A stretch of DNA of 63,774 nucleotides, filler included, from Deltaproteobacteria bacterium (GTDB lineage Bacteria > Myxococcota > JACRCW01), in the NCBI GenBank assembly GCA_016218805.1. It is 4 parts of 4 records of this genome, joined end to end, with 100 filler letters (N's around TTAATTAATTAA, not from the genome) between each part and the next. Parts side by side here need not be neighbours in the genome. Positions count along the whole stretch, not along the records: positions 1 to 21,444 come from JACRCW010000147.1; 3 more parts are not named here. One strand, given 5' to 3'. The position numbers were made by a program, and so were the translations under genes. This document shows, piece by piece, positions 10,058 to 18,743 of this stretch. The notes under the pieces were generated by a model, which searched no databases, was not told the origin of the DNA, and worked only from the letters and a program-made list of their open reading frames with translations. The stretch's first letter is position 1. Every line of letters begins with the position of its first letter.

Positions 10058-12124
10058 TCAGGGCCGCACGGCGCCGCCCGTACCGGCCGGGTCCGGGTTG
10101 GGCGCCGCGGACCACGCTGCCACGTCAACGTCAAACGCGAACGAATGCGCCACTCCGGAAACAACGACATTCGCGGTGCCGGAAAGGCGCGATCCCGCGT
10201 CAGTGGTCCACTGCAGCGTGAGGGAACCGCTGTCCACGCCGAGGAAGTCCTCGCATGCGTCCAGCCGCGAGTACCCCGCCACCGGCATCACGCCGTAGCC
10301 TTCAAAGTCAACGGGCAGCAGCGAGATGGTCGTGGACGCGGTCAGGTCCGTGCCCGCCGGCACCAGCGCCGCGAACAGGCCCAGGTGCGTGTTGTCCACC
10401 AGCAACAGCGCGCGGTCGTATCCCGGGGGAGCTTCGCCGTCAGCAAACTGTTGCATGCCCGCTTCTTCCACCGTGAAGACGTCCGGCAGCGTGGCAAGCT
10501 CTCCGCATTGCTGCGTTTCCGGCGGTGGCTGCGTGGGGCCGCCACCGGTGCACGTCCCATCCAGCGCGCACGGGCGCGTGTCCGCCACGCAATTGGGCGC
10601 CCCGCTGTCGTACGGCGTCACGGCCAGGTCAAACGTGAGGGAGCGCGTGGCGTTCTCCGCGGTGAAGGTGACCGTGCCCGCCACGTTGGCCGCGGCATCG
10701 GCGCGCGGGGCCACCGTGATGCTGCCCGCGGTCACGTAGCTGCCTGACTGGCAATAGGGCGCAAACACCAGGCCGTGCCAGGAAATGCCGCTGCCGGAGG
10801 GGGGCGGCGCCAGATCAAGCGTGAAGCCCGTCAGCAGGTCCGTGCCCGTCGGCACAAGCACCAGCAGCGTGCCCTGTGACACGGAATCCGCCAGCACCAG
10901 CAGCGCGTCATAACCGGCAATGCCCACGTCGCCTTCAATGTCCGCGGAATCCGGGTTCAACACGGAGGGGAGGGCAGCCACGTCCACGCAGCTCTGCGGG
11001 ATCTGTCCGGCCGGGCAATAGGAGGTGTCCGTCGGCGGGTCGTCGCGCGGTGTTCCCGTGTCGCCGCAGTACGCGTCGGTGCAGCGCAGGACGTAAGCCG
11101 GCGCGTTGGCGTCAACGTAACCGATGATCGGCGCGCCCTCCTGGGTGCCCGCCTGGTCCAGGTGCAGGACGCCCCCCGCCAGCGCGAGCTGCGTGCCATC
11201 CGCCTCCACCAGGTACGCCATGGCCTCCAGGTTCCCCAGCGCCACATCGCCCGGCGCCAGGATGGCCTCGTCCAGCACCACCGCAAACACGCGCGTGCCG
11301 TCGTCGGACGGGAACACCAGTTGCGCCGTGCCCGGCTCCGCGGAGGACGCGTAGGCGGACGTGGCAACAAACTCCGCGAATCCCGCAGCAGTCACCAGGA
11401 TTTCCGCTGAGCCCGTCACCTCGCCATTCACCGAATACCGGGTGGAGAACGTCCCGCCGCCCGTGACGTCGGTGCGCTCGGTGGGGCCGGTGCCGTCCGT
11501 GATCGGGAACAGTTGTTCGGGCCAGCGGGCCAACGTGACCTGCCCCATGTCCGCGGTGAGCTCGGCCACCAGCCGGCCGCCGTCGCGGATGTCCGCGGTG
11601 GTGACGTGCAGCGTTCCGTTCAATGAAATGGTGGCATTTCCCGCGGTTTCATCCAGTGACAGCAGGGAGGCCTGCGTGCCATCCAGCGCCAACGACGCAT
11701 CCGCAACCAAGTCCGGCCCGCGCGCCGCCAGCACCAGGTAGCGGTTGGGTTCCAGCGCGTCCTGCAGCACGGCGTACACCAGGTCCGTGCCGGGCTCCGC
11801 GTCCAGCACCACCACGGAGACGTGCTCCACGGGAGCACCGGCGGTGGTGACCAGCGCGGTACCGGGCGTGAAGTCGGCGGTGGACTGCTGGTTCACCGCG
11901 GGCGCGTCAAAGCTCGCCGTCAGCGCGCCCACCGGTACGTCCGCTTCAGCGGGTGTGAGGTGGAAACCCACGCGTTGCAGGTAGGAGTCCCCATCGCCAC
12001 GCGCGCCCACCGGGGCGGTCTGGGTGCGCTGCCGGGAACCGGGGCTGCCCACGTTGCACGCCGCAGCCAACAGGACCAACGGCACCCACGCGTTCCTCAT
12101 GAACTGCCGAACATTGCGCTGCAT
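10058..12124 (-). CDS. Large lipoprotein with internally duplicated beta-rich domains
   Basis: ATG 12124 preceded by RBS AAGGGAG; lipobox LAAAC; duplicated C..(V/L)A(A/T)LP.V..GYD.. module. Confidence 0.75.
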   Translation of the reverse strand: MQRNVRQFMRNAWVPLVLLAAACNVGSPGSRQRTQTAPVGARGDGDSYLQRVGFHLTPAEADVPVGALTASFDAPAVNQQSTADFTPGTALVTTAGAPVEHVSVVVLDAEPGTDLVYAVLQDALEPNRYLVLAARGPDLVADASLALDGTQASLLSLDETAGNATISLNGTLHVTTADIRDGGRLVAELTADMGQVTLARWPEQLFPITDGTGPTERTDVTGGGTFSTRYSVNGEVTGSAEILVTAAGFAEFVATSAYASSAEPGTAQLVFPSDDGTRVFAVVLDEAILAPGDVALGNLEAMAYLVEADGTQLALAGGVLHLDQAGTQEGAPIIGYVDANAPAYVLRCTDAYCGDTGTPRDDPPTDTSYCPAGQIPQSCVDVAALPSVLNPDSADIEGDVGIAGYDALLVLADSVSQGTLLVLVPTGTDLLTGFTLDLAPPPSGSGISWHGLVFAPYCQSGSYVTAGSITVAPRADAAANVAGTVTFTAENATRSLTFDLAVTPYDSGAPNCVADTRPCALDGTCTGGGPTQPPPETQQCGELATLPDVFTVEEAGMQQFADGEAPPGYDRALLLVDNTHLGLFAALVPAGTDLTASTTISLLPVDFEGYGVMPVAGYSRLDACEDFLGVDSGSLTLQWTTDAGSRLSGTANVVVSGVAHSFAFDVDVAAWSAAPNPDPAGTGGAVRP

Positions 12125-12406
12125 GAACTTCTCCCTTTGAGCCCAGGTCGGCGCTCGTAGCCATGTCCGCCTCGCGACGGGCGTTCTCAGTGATGGTCGG
12201 AAACCGTCAGCGCGGAAACCCCGGCGCACGCCAACCGCGCGGCGCATGGGGGTCCTTTGCTGGCCTGTTGGTGGTAGGGACCCGCAACGGTGTTCACAAC
12301 GCGCGACGGTGATCACGCGCAGCGGAATCACCGCGTCCGGACGCGGAGAAACGTGGAGCACCCCAGCGGACGGCTGCGTGACGTCCGCCATCTTGGTGGC
12401 GCCACA

Positions 12407-12422
12407 GTGAACCAGCGTTCAC
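12407..12422. promoter_or_regulatory. Palindromic operator-like site GTGAAC-N4-GTTCAC
   Basis: Perfect 6-bp inverted repeat in the intergenic region upstream of the 12124 lipoprotein. Confidence 0.3.
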
Positions 12423-12435
12423 AGTGCGCGCACGT

Positions 12436-12786
12436 TCAGCCGGCTTTCAGGTTCTCCAGATCGGGGAGCGCCGGGTGGTTCGTGCCGCTCCTTTGCACAT
12501 GCTTGGAGAAAGCCAGGACGGAGCAGTCAGCGCCGTGGGACGCGCGCAGGTGCCGGTAGAAGTCACATTCCTGGCACTGTTTCTCCTTGATTCGGTACGT
12601 GCCCTCCACCACGCCTGAGCAGAACGTACCCGTGAGGTACGCACAGGCCCGGCCGCCCTGGCTTCCTCCCAGAAAGCCGTCGGCGGGCGCACAGGTGGCC
12701 GCCGGGCAAGGGCCCATCTCACGCACCCGGCTTCCACCGGGTTCGCGTCCGCACTTCTTGAATTCCCAGCAATTCGTCGAGGGCAT
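12436..12786 (-). CDS. Two-CW-domain Cys-rich small protein
   Basis: NCWEFKKCGREPGG..CPAA..GGRAC..GTFC..CQECDFY. Confidence 0.75.
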   Translation of the reverse strand: MPSTNCWEFKKCGREPGGSRVREMGPCPAATCAPADGFLGGSQGGRACAYLTGTFCSGVVEGTYRIKEKQCQECDFYRHLRASHGADCSVLAFSKHVQRSGTNHPALPDLENLKAG

Positions 12787-13010
12787 GCACAGCTCCGCGT
12801 CCCCCGCGGTTGTTGCGCGGCTGGCCCGGTCTCCGCGTCCGGTCCGGCCGACGTGCACATCCTGCCTTGACGACGGCGATCCCGCAACGACCCGTCCTCT
12901 GGCGGCCGGACATCCGCCAAGCGTCAGCGCAAACGTGGCCGCCTGGTGAGGCGTGCCCAAGAAAACGCGGGTTTTGCATGGACGTCAGGTCAGGGCGGAT
13001 CCGCCGCGCA

Positions 13011-13442
13011 TCAGGTCCGCGGTTCAATGGGTGCGCGCACGTGCCGCCCCCACGCGACAAACGCCGCCAATGCGCCGAGCGTTCCGTTGACCAGCAGCGC
13101 CTGCGGCTCACCGCGGATGAGGTGGAACACCGCCGCCAGGATCATGAGCAGCGTGAAGCCGGCGCCCGCCAGTGCGGTCAGCCTGGGCTGGATGCGAGTC
13201 AGCGCCGGCAGAATCATCCCCAGCGCGCCCAACAGCTCGCAGGCGCCAATGAACCGGGTGAGCTGCCCAACGTCCGCCGTCCACGGCAACTTCTCCATCA
13301 GCTCCGCCATGGGTAGCGTCGTCTTCATGAGACCGGCCATGCCAAAGGCCACGGCCAGCAGCACCTGCGCAAACCACAGCGCAATGTTCCATGCCCGGGT
13401 GGTGCCCGGCGCCTCGTGGTGCCCCACTGTCATCGTCGTCAT
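13011..13442 (-). CDS. DoxX-family membrane protein
   Basis: ALWFAQVLLAVAFGMAGLMK..FIGACELLGALGMILP..FHLIRGE; 4 TM; RBS GGAG. Confidence 0.9.
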   Translation of the reverse strand: MTTMTVGHHEAPGTTRAWNIALWFAQVLLAVAFGMAGLMKTTLPMAELMEKLPWTADVGQLTRFIGACELLGALGMILPALTRIQPRLTALAGAGFTLLMILAAVFHLIRGEPQALLVNGTLGALAAFVAWGRHVRAPIEPRT

Positions 13443-13812
13443 CGGTCACTCCTGCGTGCCAGGCACCTGGTGCCCGTGCCGCCTGCCGCGGCCCTGGGAT
13501 GTACCGTTCCCGCCCGCGCGCGTCCGGTTCCCGCCAAGGCGCAGTGGGAAAGCCAGACAAACCGGCGCGCGCATTTGAGTGCGTTCTGGGCCCCGGCGGG
13601 CGGCACACGCGGCAGGCCCGGGCCGCGCTGCGGTTGAACGGCCCCGGGGCCCCGTGCTTGCGAACGCGCGCGCACGCGCGTAGTCCGGCTGCGCGCAAGC
13701 ATGGCGGGGCCGGAACCGCGGGCAGCGGCGCAGGGACGTCGCGGTGAACTTCATCATCAGGTACTGAACCAGGCGGGCAACGCAGTCACCAAACAGGCGT
13801 GGAGGAGTCAAC

Positions 13813-15036
13813 ATGAGGTGGAGCCGAAGCAGTGGGTGGATGCTGGGAGCCGGGTTGGTACTGCTGGGCGCGTCGGTGCGCGTGGCGTGGGGTGTGTTGA
13901 ACCCACCGCCCGCGGGCCATGAGGCCATTCCGTATGAAGGCATGCTGGAGCGGGACGGAATACCCGTGAATTCCGCCGCGGACTTCTGTTTCCAGTTGTT
14001 TGACGCGTATGACCCCGGCAACGCCGCCGTGGGCACGCTGGCCTGGTCCGAGCAGCAGGACGACGTGCCCGTCGTGGCGGGGCGTTTCTCCGTGCGCCTG
14101 GGCACGGAACAGGCGCTGCCCGCCGCGGTGGCGGGGAATACACGCCTGTTCCTGCGCGTGGGCGTGCGCGACGCGGCCGGTGTCACGGCGGGCGGGGCGT
14201 GCGGCAGCGCGGGCGACACGGAACCCGCCGGCTACGCCATGCTCGCGGGGCGGCAGCAGCTGGGCGCCGCGGCGTTTGCACTGGCCGCGGGCCGCGGCGT
14301 GGCCGGGCAGGACTTTGTGGTGGATGGCCGCCTGGGCGTGGGGACGGCGGGGTCAGCGGACAAGCTGGCGGTTGCCGGAAGCGTGAATGCCACGGGGAAC
14401 ATCACCACGCCCGCCGAGGTGGGCGCGGCCACCGCGCGCGCGGACCGGTTCCTCCAGCGCAGCGCCACCGGCGACTTTGAGGTGGGATCAACGGTGATGG
14501 TGCGCTGGGGGCACGATCAGGCGCCGGCCGGATTGGAACTCCTGTACCGGGGCGTGGCCATGGGTGGCCGTTACAACCACGCGGCAGCGGGCAGCACGGG
14601 CAAGGCCCTGTGCGTGGCCGGCGGAGACAGCGGCCCCACGCCGCCAACGGGCAGCGGGGACAGCCACTACGCGCTGCTCTACCCCATCCAGGCGCAGGAC
14701 CTGTACATGCAGCCGGCGTCTTCGGGCCGGGAATCAAAAGCCCTGCAATGCGCGGTCTACCGCTCACCGGGACCGGCCACGGAAATCTGGGGAACGTCCA
14801 CGTGCCCCGCCGGGTGGACGGCGGATTACACGGGTTTTGCGCACGGGCCCAGCTATGCGCACCAGGACAAGTGGAGCGTCATGTGCCTGGACAGCGCGCT
14901 GGTCACCACCGGTGTGACCGGTGCGGCGTTTGGCGGCATTGCCAATGCTGCCGTGCTGTTTGAGAACTGGGGTGTTGACGCCACCGCGTACCCCAGCCGG
15001 CGGGTCATCAAGTGCGCCGTGTGCAGCCGGCGGTGA
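13813..15036 (+). CDS. Secreted fibre-like protein with C-terminal short-chain-collagen-C4 (NC1)-like domain
   Basis: RBS GGAGGAG; signal peptide; IPYEGML..WSE..V.V..GRFSVRLG head; GRLGVGT..KLAVAG fibre motif; C-terminal VRWG..LLYRG..GG..LC..CAV..CPAGWTADYTGF..MCLD..CAVC. Confidence 0.65.
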   Translation: MRWSRSSGWMLGAGLVLLGASVRVAWGVLNPPPAGHEAIPYEGMLERDGIPVNSAADFCFQLFDAYDPGNAAVGTLAWSEQQDDVPVVAGRFSVRLGTEQALPAAVAGNTRLFLRVGVRDAAGVTAGGACGSAGDTEPAGYAMLAGRQQLGAAAFALAAGRGVAGQDFVVDGRLGVGTAGSADKLAVAGSVNATGNITTPAEVGAATARADRFLQRSATGDFEVGSTVMVRWGHDQAPAGLELLYRGVAMGGRYNHAAAGSTGKALCVAGGDSGPTPPTGSGDSHYALLYPIQAQDLYMQPASSGRESKALQCAVYRSPGPATEIWGTSTCPAGWTADYTGFAHGPSYAHQDKWSVMCLDSALVTTGVTGAAFGGIANAAVLFENWGVDATAYPSRRVIKCAVCSRR

Positions 15037-15136
15037 AGCGCGGCCCGCTCCGGCGGGTGAGGCGGATCCAAGTCTGAGCCGGCATCTGTTCCGCGAACGC
15101 CACGTCCGAACTGCATGCACGCTCTGCGTGCATGCG

Positions 15137-15303
15137 TACCCGCGCCCTTTGGGGGGCGGCCGGCGACGTCAGTCGCCGGGGGTGGGGGGCCCGCCAAACG
15201 GGTGGGTACCACCCGGGGATGACGGAGGTAACGGACCCCCGCCCCCCCTCGCCGACGTCGCTGCGCTCCGTCGTCGAGGGCCGCCCGCCAAGGGAGGCGG
15301 GTA
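15137..15303. repeat. 167-bp palindromic REP/MITE-like element
   Basis: 25-bp terminal inverted repeats (21/25 match) beginning and ending in TA, with nested internal hairpins; between convergent genes. Confidence 0.55.
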
Positions 15304-15426
15304 GATGGGCATGCCTGCGGCAACCCCGCCGCGCGTCGTGGAGCGGGCCTCCGTTCCACCGCGCCTCGATTTCTCGCTCACAGGGTTGCTCAGGGTCGAA
15401 TCCGCCTCGCCCGGCGGGTGGCGCGG

Positions 15427-16083
15427 TCAACGCCAGCGGACGTCCCAGCAACACGCGGCGTCACCCTGGTGCACGCACGCGGTGTGATCGACGGCCGTGG
15501 CCCGGCCCCCGCCATAAGACAGGGCCGCGTCCAGCCAGCCTGTGATGCCGTACGCGCACATGTAGCGCGGGAACACCGCGCCGGACAGCTCCACGCGTCC
15601 CTCCTCGTCGCCGGTCCTGGTGCCCCGCAGAGAGCCGCTCCTGAAATACAGCGAATAGGCCAGATTGGTGTTGCTCAACACCGTTGCGGGTGACGCGAAG
15701 AACAAGAGCATCTTGTAGATGGTGGACAGGTCATAGCGGCCCACGGTCTGCCCAAAGTGCAGCATGTGCTCCATGCGGCCCCGCATGGGCCCGGCAATGA
15801 TGGCGCAGTCCACGTCCATGAGCGGGCCAAAGCTGCACCATGTGCTGGGCAACGGCGGGTCCTCCAGGTACGCGCGCGCCTCCCCGCGCAGCTGCGCGCA
15901 CAACTCCGCCAGCTCGCCCAGGCCATACTGCTCCCGCACGTACCGCGCGCGTGACCGCACCAGGTTGCCTTTGACCCGCATCAGCCGGGCCCGCGCGATG
16001 GTTCGCCAATCACCAAGCACCGGGTGGGCTGCGGCGCGTGCGCCGTCCGCGCCGGTCCGGGCGCTGTTGACCTGTGTCTGCAT
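15427..16083 (-). CDS. DUF2378-like / V4R-type small-ligand-binding protein
   Basis: VKGNLV..YVREQYG..TW..; C-terminal CVHQGDAACCWDVRW; RBS GGGGAGAG before ATG 16083. Confidence 0.6.
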   Translation of the reverse strand: MQTQVNSARTGADGARAAAHPVLGDWRTIARARLMRVKGNLVRSRARYVREQYGLGELAELCAQLRGEARAYLEDPPLPSTWCSFGPLMDVDCAIIAGPMRGRMEHMLHFGQTVGRYDLSTIYKMLLFFASPATVLSNTNLAYSLYFRSGSLRGTRTGDEEGRVELSGAVFPRYMCAYGITGWLDAALSYGGGRATAVDHTACVHQGDAACCWDVRWR

Positions 16084-16380
16084 GCTCTCCCCCCGTCCCG
16101 CGTGCCGTGGGTCCGGCACACGGTCCGCGGAGGTAGCCAACGTGCGCTGGACCCGCAACGCGAAACCGCAGTCCGCTTGGCTGGCACGCGTAAACCCCGC
16201 GTATTGACCGCCGTCACGGCGTGGAGACGGGCTCCGCAACTGCAGGGCAGACCTCGCGGCAATGGGCCGGAATTCACGGCATTACGCGGAGCGCGGATCA
16301 GCCTTGCGGGCGCTCCGCCCGAAGAGGAGATTGCCCGGGCCTCCCGCAGCACCGGGCGGCGCAACGGGGCGGGAACAGAC

Positions 16381-16935
16381 ATGAGCGAACTGACGCTCCG
16401 GGTGACACCGGACTGGGACGTGGTGAGGGGATTCTGGCCGGTTTCCACGGGCTTCTTTGCCGGCCAGGGTCTGCAGGAGGAGACGGTCTACGCCCTGTCC
16501 ATGATTGCCCAGGAATTGCTGGAGAACGCGGTCAAATACGGCCATTACCCGGATGACGCGCATGGAATAGCGGTGAGCCTGCGGGTCTTGAAGAGTGAGG
16601 CCACCGTGGAGGTGAAGAGCCCGGCCGGTCCGGATGACGCACCGCTGCGCCGGCTGGATGACACCATTCAGTGGATTCGCGGGTTTCAGAGTCCGTTTGA
16701 GGCGTACATGGAACGGCTCAAGGCGGTGGCCATGAGCCCTCCCAGCGGGGGGGCCAGCGGCCTGGGGCTGGTGCGCATTGCCTACGAAGGCCAAGCGGTC
16801 CTGGATTTCTACATCAACCCGCAATACGAGCTGGCCGTTTCCGCCGTGCACCGTCTGCCGGATGGTTCGCCCGCGGGTATTCCGGCGGCAAAAGCAGACC
16901 ACCAACCGGGTGAGCTGGCAGTGAACCGTGCGTGA
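16381..16935 (+). CDS. HATPase_c Ser/Thr kinase, anti-sigma type (SiaB/Slr1658-like)
   Basis: N-box QELLENAVKYG, EAYMERL, G-box SGLGLVRI; no His phosphoacceptor domain. Confidence 0.75.
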   Translation: MSELTLRVTPDWDVVRGFWPVSTGFFAGQGLQEETVYALSMIAQELLENAVKYGHYPDDAHGIAVSLRVLKSEATVEVKSPAGPDDAPLRRLDDTIQWIRGFQSPFEAYMERLKAVAMSPPSGGASGLGLVRIAYEGQAVLDFYINPQYELAVSAVHRLPDGSPAGIPAAKADHQPGELAVNRA

Positions 16936-16970
16936 TGAGTGCCCAGAATCAGCAAGCCTGCGGGGGGACC

Positions 16971-17348
16971 ATGCATTCCAGCCACGTGTTCATTGAGAAT
17001 TCGCTGCGGATTGAGCAGGACGAGAACGACAGCGAGGTGCGCCTGACGTGGACCGGCCGGAGCACGGAGCGGGAGCCCGCCCGGTTCCTCACGCCCATCC
17101 TGGATGGGGCACTGCAGCGCAGCCGCGCGGAGGCGCGCCCCCTGGTCCTGGATTTCCGGTCCATTGAATACATGAATTCCTCCACGTTCACCCCGCTGGT
17201 GGTGGCGCTGGAGCAGGCGCGCAGTGAGGGCGGCAACGTGCGCCTGTTGTTCCGTTCCAACCTCAAGTGGCAGAACCTGAGCTTTTCGGCGCTGCGGATC
17301 TTTGAGACGCTCGACAAGCGCATTGAACTGTGCGGGGTGGATGGATGA
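16971..17348 (+). CDS. STAS-like partner-switch protein (SiaC/Slr1659-like)
   Basis: LTWTGRS..EP..F, LVLDFRSIEYMNSST phosphosite motif, KWQNLSF; about 125 aa; stop overlaps the next start (ATGA). Confidence 0.75.
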   Translation: MHSSHVFIENSLRIEQDENDSEVRLTWTGRSTEREPARFLTPILDGALQRSRAEARPLVLDFRSIEYMNSSTFTPLVVALEQARSEGGNVRLLFRSNLKWQNLSFSALRIFETLDKRIELCGVDG

Positions 17349-18733
17349 ACGCCGCGCCGTTGCCGCTGCCGGGCACGTTGTTTGGCCGGGACGGGCGCTT
17401 CACCGTCCAGCTGAAATTCGCCACCAACGCGTCCGTGTTTGCCAACTTCCCCACCGGCACGGCGCCGCCGGACCGCTCCGAGTTTGACGGCCTGGTGCTG
17501 GAGGTGGAGGACCGCGCCTACCAGCTGTCACGCTGCCGCCTGGAGGTGGAGGAGGCGCAGGTGGACCCGCGCCTGGTGTTCCTGGACGACGTGTACGATT
17601 TCAGCGCCTTGTTCCGGGAGCACCGCATGGTGGACCTGCGGCGCGTGTTCCACAACGTAGCGCTGGTCATTGCGCAGAAGGACCAGGTCAGCCCGCAATT
17701 CAGGGATTACACCGCCAACACCGTTTATGACCTGTCCGTCTACAAACGCTTCTTTGCGGACCAGGAGGCCATGCTGCGCAAGGAACCGGCCAGCGTGCGT
17801 GAGGCGGCACGGGGCGCACTGCTGCGCGCGCAGCGGACGCGGTTCTTTGACTTCATGGACCGCGGCCTGCTGGGCCTGCGCCAGGTCACCGCGTCCTTTG
17901 ACGACGAGGAGCACAAGCGCCACGGCTACTACTTCCGCCGCCACGTGTGGGAGTACATCCAGGGCGCGCCGTTCCTGGCGCGCACCAACCTCAAGCCGCG
18001 GGGCTACGCGGGTGATTCGCACATGATGGAGATGATCTACGAGGACGCGTTCAAGGGGAACTCGGTATTCAGCATGCTGCTGCACCGGCACCCGTTGGCG
18101 TCCGCCGCCGCGCGGGCGGTGCGCAACCGCCGGACCATGGTGCCGCTGGTGCTGCGGCGCGTGCAGCGGGAGTTCCAGCCGCTGCCACCGCGGGGCTTCC
18201 GGTTCCTGTCCGTGGCGTGCGGACCCGCCTTTGAGGTGTGTGACCTGCTGGCGGAGGAGCCGGAACCGGAGCACTTCCACTGCGCGCTGCTGGACCAGGA
18301 CACCGAAGCGCTGGCCACCGCGCGCGCGGGCATCCAGCGCGTCCAGCGCGCGCGCCGCCGGAAGTTCAGCGTGGCCTACGTCAACGAATCCGTGCGCACC
18401 ATGCTCAAGCGCGCCGACCAGGTGGACCGCCTGGGGCGCTTCCACTTTGTCTATTCCATGGGATTGTTTGACTACCTCACGCCGCCGGTGGCGCGCGCCG
18501 TGGCCAAGCGCCTGCTTGAACTGGTGGTTCCCGGCGGCACGCTGCTGATTGGCAACTATCACGTGGACAACCCCACGCGCCGGTACATGGAATACTGGAT
18601 GGACTGGACGCTGTACTACCGCACGGAGGCGGAACTGCAGGCGCTGCTGGAAGACGCCGAGGCTGCCTCCGCCGAGTTGTTCTTTGAGGACACCGGCTGC
18701 CAGATGTTCCTGCAGGTCCGCAAGCCTGGATGA
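17345..18733 (+). CDS. PhcB-like class I SAM-dependent methyltransferase (3-hydroxy fatty acid methyl ester synthase family)
   Basis: KPRGYAGD..M..IY, AVRNRR, SVACGPAFE, LDQD, VYSMGLFDYL, PGGTLLIGN, MEYWMDWTLYYRT; about 460 aa. Confidence 0.75.
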   Translation: MNAAPLPLPGTLFGRDGRFTVQLKFATNASVFANFPTGTAPPDRSEFDGLVLEVEDRAYQLSRCRLEVEEAQVDPRLVFLDDVYDFSALFREHRMVDLRRVFHNVALVIAQKDQVSPQFRDYTANTVYDLSVYKRFFADQEAMLRKEPASVREAARGALLRAQRTRFFDFMDRGLLGLRQVTASFDDEEHKRHGYYFRRHVWEYIQGAPFLARTNLKPRGYAGDSHMMEMIYEDAFKGNSVFSMLLHRHPLASAAARAVRNRRTMVPLVLRRVQREFQPLPPRGFRFLSVACGPAFEVCDLLAEEPEPEHFHCALLDQDTEALATARAGIQRVQRARRRKFSVAYVNESVRTMLKRADQVDRLGRFHFVYSMGLFDYLTPPVARAVAKRLLELVVPGGTLLIGNYHVDNPTRRYMEYWMDWTLYYRTEAELQALLEDAEAASAELFFEDTGCQMFLQVRKPG

Positions 18734-18743
18734 CGGGGAAGCC

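Noticed and set aside
12125..12400. Possible riboswitch in the lipoprotein leader
   Set aside because: Hairpins exist, but I could not match c-di-GMP, ZTP or other consensus motifs. An Infernal/Rfam scan is needed.
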